A DNA stretch of 12,253 bases from Promethearchaeota archaeon. GTDB lineage: Archaea; Asgardarchaeota; Lokiarchaeia; Sigyniarchaeales; SOKP01. The notes under the pieces were generated by a model. It made no database searches, was not told where the DNA came from, and saw nothing but the letters and a program-made list of their open reading frames with translations. A program made the translations under genes and the position numbers. Every line of letters starts with the position of its first letter. The stretch's first letter is position 1. Location of the stretch: NCBI GenBank assembly GCA_018238625.1, contig JABCSY010000113.1, positions 1-12,253 of the forward strand, read 5' to 3'. Below, piece after piece: positions 8,287 to 12,253 of this stretch.

Positions 8287-8331
8287 ATAAATTATCTTTT
8301 TATATAGTAGAAGTTATTTAAGATAATTTAT
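8287..8331. promoter_or_regulatory. 12-bp inverted repeat bracketing a TATA box in the divergent hypD/MNT spacer
   Basis: ATAAATTATCTT (8287-8298), 21-nt spacer, AAGATAATTTAT (8320-8331). TTTATATA at 8299-8306. Confidence 0.5.
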
Positions 8332-8376
8332 CTCTATAATTAAAATATATTCAATTTAAATTAGAAGTGATACAAA

Positions 8377-8676
8377 TTGAAAAGTGAGTTACAACTAAAA
8401 GAAGAGATTAAAGAAAAAATAATTTCTATTCTTGTAAAGCATGGTATTAAAAGGATTTTAGTCTTTGGATCCTATGCTCGCAATGAAGCAACTCCAAAAA
8501 GTGATTTAGATTTAATTGTAGACTTCCCTGAGGGAACCAGCTTGTTAGATCATGTTGGTATAGAAATTGAGTTATCTGAAGCTCTAAATATGAAGATTGA
8601 TCTATTATCTCGAAATGGAATTAGCCCTTACATTAAAGATCATGTATTAAAAGAAGCAATTGTGATTTATGAATGA
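8377..8676 (+). CDS. mntA: Minimal nucleotidyltransferase (MNT) antitoxin of a HEPN/MNT module
   Basis: 99 aa, TTG start with GAAGTGA upstream (8364-8370). GSx10DxD motif FGSYARNEATPKSDLDL and downstream KIDL. Overlaps the next gene by ATGA. Confidence 0.92.
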   Translation: MKSELQLKEEIKEKIISILVKHGIKRILVFGSYARNEATPKSDLDLIVDFPEGTSLLDHVGIEIELSEALNMKIDLLSRNGISPYIKDHVLKEAIVIYE

Positions 8677-9032
8677 ATGATAAAAGTAACCTCTTTTTAA
8701 GTCATATACTTGATTCATGTGTACATATCATAGAATTTACGGAGAATATCGATTTTGAGACTTTTATAAAGACACGAATGATTCAAAGTGCCGTAATTAG
8801 AGAACTTGAAATAATTGGAGAAGCTACAAAGAACCTTGCAGATAATATAAGAAAAACCTTTAAAACTATACCTTGGATGAAAATAGCTGGAATGAGAGAT
8901 AAATTAAGCCATGGATATTTCTCGGTAGATTTAAAAGAAGTATGGAATACTGCTAAGAAGGACATACCTACTCTTAAAATGGATGTTGAGAAAATATTAA
9001 GTAAAAAAAATCCTGATGAAAATAAAGATTAA
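8673..9032 (+). CDS. hepT: HEPN (DUF86/HepT-like) RNase toxin
   Basis: 119 aa. AVIRELEIIGEA, IPWxxIAGMR and an intact Rx4HxY motif (RDKLSHGY). Translationally coupled to the MNT gene. Confidence 0.92.
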   Translation: MNDKSNLFLSHILDSCVHIIEFTENIDFETFIKTRMIQSAVIRELEIIGEATKNLADNIRKTFKTIPWMKIAGMRDKLSHGYFSVDLKEVWNTAKKDIPTLKMDVEKILSKKNPDENKD

Positions 9033-10081
9033 CAAATTCTAGGGATTGGTTCCCCTAAAGGCATATCTACAAACCTAGTGCCTCCAACTATCGTCTTTAA
9101 TAAAACTCTTTTTGGATTATCAGCTTTAACTTCTCCAATTATAGCGGCATCTTTTCCAATTGCAGTTGATTTTATTTTACTTAAAATCTCCTCCGCTTTA
9201 ACTGGGTCCACTGACATAAGAGCTCGACCCTCGCAAGCTATAGTATAAGGGTCTAAACCTAACATTTCACAAATCGCGTTAACTTGCTTTTTAATTGGAA
9301 TCTTGTCTTCTTCTAAAACAATACTTATATCTGATTTATTTGCCCAATCGTTCAGTGCTCCTGATATCCCACCTCTCGTTGGGTCCTTCATGGCGTGGAT
9401 ATAATTATTGCTAATATCTTGTTTAAGAACGTTATATATATCGAGTAATAACCCGACATCTGATTCTAAATCGCTTGATATATTCAACCCTTCACGACTA
9501 CCGATTAATGCTGTACCGTGGTCCCCTATGCTCCCAGTTACGATAATTTTGTCACCAGGTTTTAAGTTACTATCTAAAACTTTTATGCTTTTATCTTTGA
9601 TTCCAATCCCGGTAGTTGCCATTATCATCTCGTTCAGAGTTCCCTTAGGCATTATTTTAGTATCCCCAGCTATAATCGCGATGTTTGCTTCTTTTGAAGT
9701 AAAATTAAACGAATTTACTATTTTTTCCAACTTTTCAAATTTAAAACCTTCTTCAATGATTAAAATTGAAGTTAGCGCTATTGGTTGAGCGCCCATCATT
9801 ATTAAATCGTTCACGGTACCACAAACGCTTAGCTTACCCAAATTTCCACCTGGAAAGAACAGTGGATAAACGGTATGTCCATCGGCAGTAACTACAATTT
9901 CGCGCTCGTACTCTTCTAAAGGGATCGTAGCGCCATCGTCTAACTCTGCAACACCTATTCCTTTATTATAGTTTTTATAAGTAATATTTTTCGTAATAAA
10001 ATTGATGAGTTCTTCTTGTAATACCCCTCCAGCTCCATGGGCCAACCTAATAAGATCTGAGCTCACTTTTTTCGTACTCAT
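9029..10081 (-). CDS. hypE: Hydrogenase maturation carbamoyl dehydratase HypE
   Basis: 350 aa, PurM-like. AHGAGG, PLFFPGGNLGKLSVCGTVNDL, GDTK, MKDPTRGG, EG and the diagnostic C-terminal PRIC. Confidence 0.98.
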   Translation of the reverse strand: MSTKKVSSDLIRLAHGAGGVLQEELINFITKNITYKNYNKGIGVAELDDGATIPLEEYEREIVVTADGHTVYPLFFPGGNLGKLSVCGTVNDLIMMGAQPIALTSILIIEEGFKFEKLEKIVNSFNFTSKEANIAIIAGDTKIMPKGTLNEMIMATTGIGIKDKSIKVLDSNLKPGDKIIVTGSIGDHGTALIGSREGLNISSDLESDVGLLLDIYNVLKQDISNNYIHAMKDPTRGGISGALNDWANKSDISIVLEEDKIPIKKQVNAICEMLGLDPYTIACEGRALMSVDPVKAEEILSKIKSTAIGKDAAIIGEVKADNPKRVLLKTIVGGTRFVDMPLGEPIPRIC

Positions 10082-10229
10082 AATTGAAAATACGAAGTAA
10101 AAATTATAAGAATTTAGGTTTTAACTAATAATTCTGAAAAATTTCAGTCAAATAATAATAGAATAGCTTGAATTTTGATAAGTTTATTATATAAACAGCC
10201 CTGATTCGTAAATCAGTTAATTTTATTAT

Positions 10230-10245
10230 AAAAAATAAAAAAAAA
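10230..10245 (-). terminator. Probable oligo-T terminator of the yeeE-dsrEFH operon
   Basis: Minus strand reads T9-A-T6 about 40 nt after the dsrH stop. Confidence 0.55.
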
Positions 10246-10284
10246 TAATATTAATTAAATCTCCTAAATTTCCTCTACTACGTA

Positions 10285-10584
10285 TTACATATTGATAATG
10301 GTATCGTTTGCAAAAATTAAATCGACCACTTCATCGTAAGCAATTAATTTAACTTTATCAGATATGAAGCTTTTAATTCCGCGTAGGTCTACGTCTTCTT
10401 TATTTGCAACAATCGTTACGTTTTTATCAAGAGCCTTTGAAACCATTTTATTAGTTTTGTTTGCTTGATAGACAGCGTTTTGAAGCAAAAGAATTGTTAC
10501 TGCGTCCTCTCCAGAGTGTTCTGAAGCAAGCTCTACACCAGCAATATCTTCACTTGTAATAAAATACAACACTTTTTTACCCAT
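10285..10584 (-). CDS. dsrH: DsrH/TusB-family sulfur relay subunit
   Basis: 99 aa. ILLLQNAVY and EDVDLRG..IAYDEVVDL match the DsrH pattern. Third gene of an E-F-H triplet. GGAGG RBS at 10600-10596. Confidence 0.82.
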   Translation of the reverse strand: MGKKVLYFITSEDIAGVELASEHSGEDAVTILLLQNAVYQANKTNKMVSKALDKNVTIVANKEDVDLRGIKSFISDKVKLIAYDEVVDLIFANDTIINM

Positions 10585-10599
10585 CTTTTTTCAATCCTC

Positions 10600-10944
10600 C
10601 TAAAATGGTATGGTTACGGTTGAATCCGCAATCATTTTTAATATTTCTTCATGCTCTTTGATTTTGACATCGTCTATAAGGTCGTCTTTTGTAAGACCAA
10701 GCTCATCAAGCGATTTTTTATCAACAAAAATATCTAAATCGATATTTTTTATGAACTCGATGTGCGAGGCATACATCGTCTTATCGACGTCCTTAGTAAA
10801 GGTATATACAGCTTCGTTGATTGCAATAGTAATTGGGTCAAAGTCAGCACTAACAGCAACCGTCATTCTCAATCCTTCGACAGGATAAAGCGTTCCATGA
10901 GGTGGTTGCCGTAAAAGGATAACTACATTTTTCTCTTCTGCCAT
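10600..10944 (-). CDS. dsrF: DsrF/TusC-family sulfur relay subunit
   Basis: LLRQPPHGT..VEGLR, EAVY and FVDKKSLDELGL match the DsrF pattern. Start reassigned from TTG 10965 to ATG 10944 (114 aa) because GGTGA lies at 10957-10953. Confidence 0.82.
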   Translation of the reverse strand: MAEEKNVVILLRQPPHGTLYPVEGLRMTVAVSADFDPITIAINEAVYTFTKDVDKTMYASHIEFIKNIDLDIFVDKKSLDELGLTKDDLIDDVKIKEHEEILKMIADSTVTIPF

Positions 10945-10958
10945 TTTTTTTTTCACCT

Positions 10959-11321
10959 TTAACAAATTACTATAAGTTTATCTGTTTCTTCTATAATCTT
11001 CGCGAGATCAGGCGTACCTGCTCGCTTCACGTCGCCGCATTCCTTTGTCAAACAGTTTTTCATAGTACCTCTAACTAAAAGACATAGATTACATAGTCTG
11101 ACAGTGGCTCCTTTACTTAATATCTCTCTAAACCCTTCTTCGATGTTAAAGATACCTTCAATTTTCTTCTGCTTATCTAAGACGGCGTTAACGGCGTCCA
11201 TATAGCAAAAGATGCGTACACTATGTCCCTTATCTAAAGCCGCGTTAGATATCTTAACAACTGTTTCAGAAGCTTGCGTTTGGTAAGGTCCATCAAAAAA
11301 AAGAATTCCTAATCGAGCCAT
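10959..11321 (-). CDS. dsrE: DsrE/TusD-family sulfurtransferase subunit
   Basis: 120 aa. GPY, GH.V.IF.Y.DAV and C77-x6-RG (CNLCLLVRG), the same spacing as the active-site Cys78 of DsrE/TusD. GGAGTTGA RBS at 11338-11331. Confidence 0.88.
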   Translation of the reverse strand: MARLGILFFDGPYQTQASETVVKISNAALDKGHSVRIFCYMDAVNAVLDKQKKIEGIFNIEEGFREILSKGATVRLCNLCLLVRGTMKNCLTKECGDVKRAGTPDLAKIIEETDKLIVIC

Positions 11322-11343
11322 TTTTTTTTGTCAACTCCATTCC

Positions 11344-12252
11344 TTAATCCGTGTCTCTCATGAAGAGAAGATAAGCCATTATCCAAGAACCAAACATTAT
11401 GCAGGCTCCTGTAATAATACTATGTAATGAAAGCTGTGGAACACCGCCTAAGATGTTAGTAATGTTACATCCCATTGCTGTTACAGCGCCAAAACCCATT
11501 AAAATTCCGCCGATCAACTGTTTTAATAAAGTCAATCCATCTTTTGGAACTCTAATTTTAAATTCGCCACTAATAATAGCACCAAGGAAAGCTCCAAGGA
11601 TAATACCAACAATTATAAAACCAGACCATACAACAGTATTTCCTGTAGTAAGCCACAAGCTTAAATCCATCCATCCTCCAGTAATACCTAGTACTCCGTT
11701 AGCAACTATATAAGCAACAGTTCCGATTATACCAATAATGATTCCAGTAACCCACCAAGGATAAGCTTTTTTAAAGATCGATTCAACAGCGTTGTCGAAT
11801 TTTATTAAAGGCTCGCCTTCTGTTCTCTTTTTAAGCGCTGGTAATCCCCAGAAATAAAACGTTAATGCAGCACCGACAATTCCTAAGATAAGCATAAAAA
11901 CCGGCGTTAATGCACTAAATTCTCCAAAAAGCGTAAGTGCTGGACCTGCTCCAATTACTGTCTGTTGCAAAAATACTTTTGCATCAGATAAAACGCCAGA
12001 TGCAGTCATTAAAGCTCCTAGTGTTAATCCAAAACCAGCTACGACAGAGCCCATCATACCTTCTCCAACTCGGTATGTAGTTCCGGAAGCACATCCCGCT
12101 GCAAGAACCATTCCAATACCAAATACTAGACCTCCGACAACCGCACCCCATATTTTTAAAGGTTTTGGAGCTAAATCAATTACTCCAACCAAAGCAAATA
12201 TAGCGAAACCGATCATCAGAGTTATCAAGGCGATAACTACTGCTTTTGCCAG
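11344..12252 (-). CDS. yeeE: YeeE/YedE (TsuA-like) sulfur-compound/thiosulfate transporter, 5'-partial
   Basis: Polytopic and Gly-rich, with two internal-repeat Cys motifs GMVLAAGCASG and GAVTAMGCNI. The frame stays open past TTG 12228 to the window edge (LAKAVVIA), so the true start is outside the window. Confidence 0.9.
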   Translation of the reverse strand: MAKAVVIALITLMIGFAIFALVGVIDLAPKPLKIWGAVVGGLVFGIGMVLAAGCASGTTYRVGEGMMGSVVAGFGLTLGALMTASGVLSDAKVFLQQTVIGAGPALTLFGEFSALTPVFMLILGIVGAALTFYFWGLPALKKRTEGEPLIKFDNAVESIFKKAYPWWVTGIIIGIIGTVAYIVANGVLGITGGWMDLSLWLTTGNTVVWSGFIIVGIILGAFLGAIISGEFKIRVPKDGLTLLKQLIGGILMGFGAVTAMGCNITNILGGVPQLSLHSIITGACIMFGSWIMAYLLFMRDTD

Positions 12253-12253
12253 T

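Noticed and set aside
8239-9040. IS or transposon ends around the TA pair
   Set aside because: No transposase, terminal inverted repeats or clear target-site duplication seen.
10285-11321. Reading dsrEFH as evidence of dissimilatory sulfur oxidation
   Set aside because: No dsrAB, dsrC or dsrMKJOP in the window; DsrEFH-like proteins also occur in non-dissimilatory sulfur relays.
8783-11713. ORFs 8783-8965 (-), 9408-9788 (+), 10610-10888 (+) and 11399-11713 (+)
   Set aside because: Each lies antisense within a well-supported gene and has no recognisable motif.
1-12253. CRISPR array, tRNA or rRNA genes
   Set aside because: No repeat-spacer periodicity or structured GC-rich RNA-like segment was seen in the short intergenic regions.

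Overview
AT-rich archaeal-looking window, most plausibly Asgard/Lokiarchaeia. That lineage call is an inference from TATA-type promoters, GGTGA/GGAGG ribosome-binding sites, oligo-T terminators and a Loki-style Ig-like repeat fragment at the left edge. Left to right: (1) a decayed stretch (1-604) with two start-less gene fragments; (2) a cytoplasmic FGly-type sulfatase transcribed divergently from a ribbon-helix-helix regulator and a GPH/MFS_2 transporter, with a shared 10-bp-periodic operator-like array ahead of the regulator and transporter TATA boxes; (3) [NiFe]-hydrogenase maturation genes hypE, hypD, hypF (minus strand, no hypC/A/B in the window), split by an antisense MNT-HEPN toxin-antitoxin pair; (4) a minus-strand operon of a YeeE/YedE sulfur-compound transporter (partial) plus dsrE/F/H (tusD/C/B)-like genes. 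The best candidates for undescribed biology are the YeeE-DsrEFH relay beside the hyp genes and the RHH-controlled sulfatase/GPH module. Hand counts of CpG suggest the GPH gene and the TA pair have a different origin from the hyp genes.
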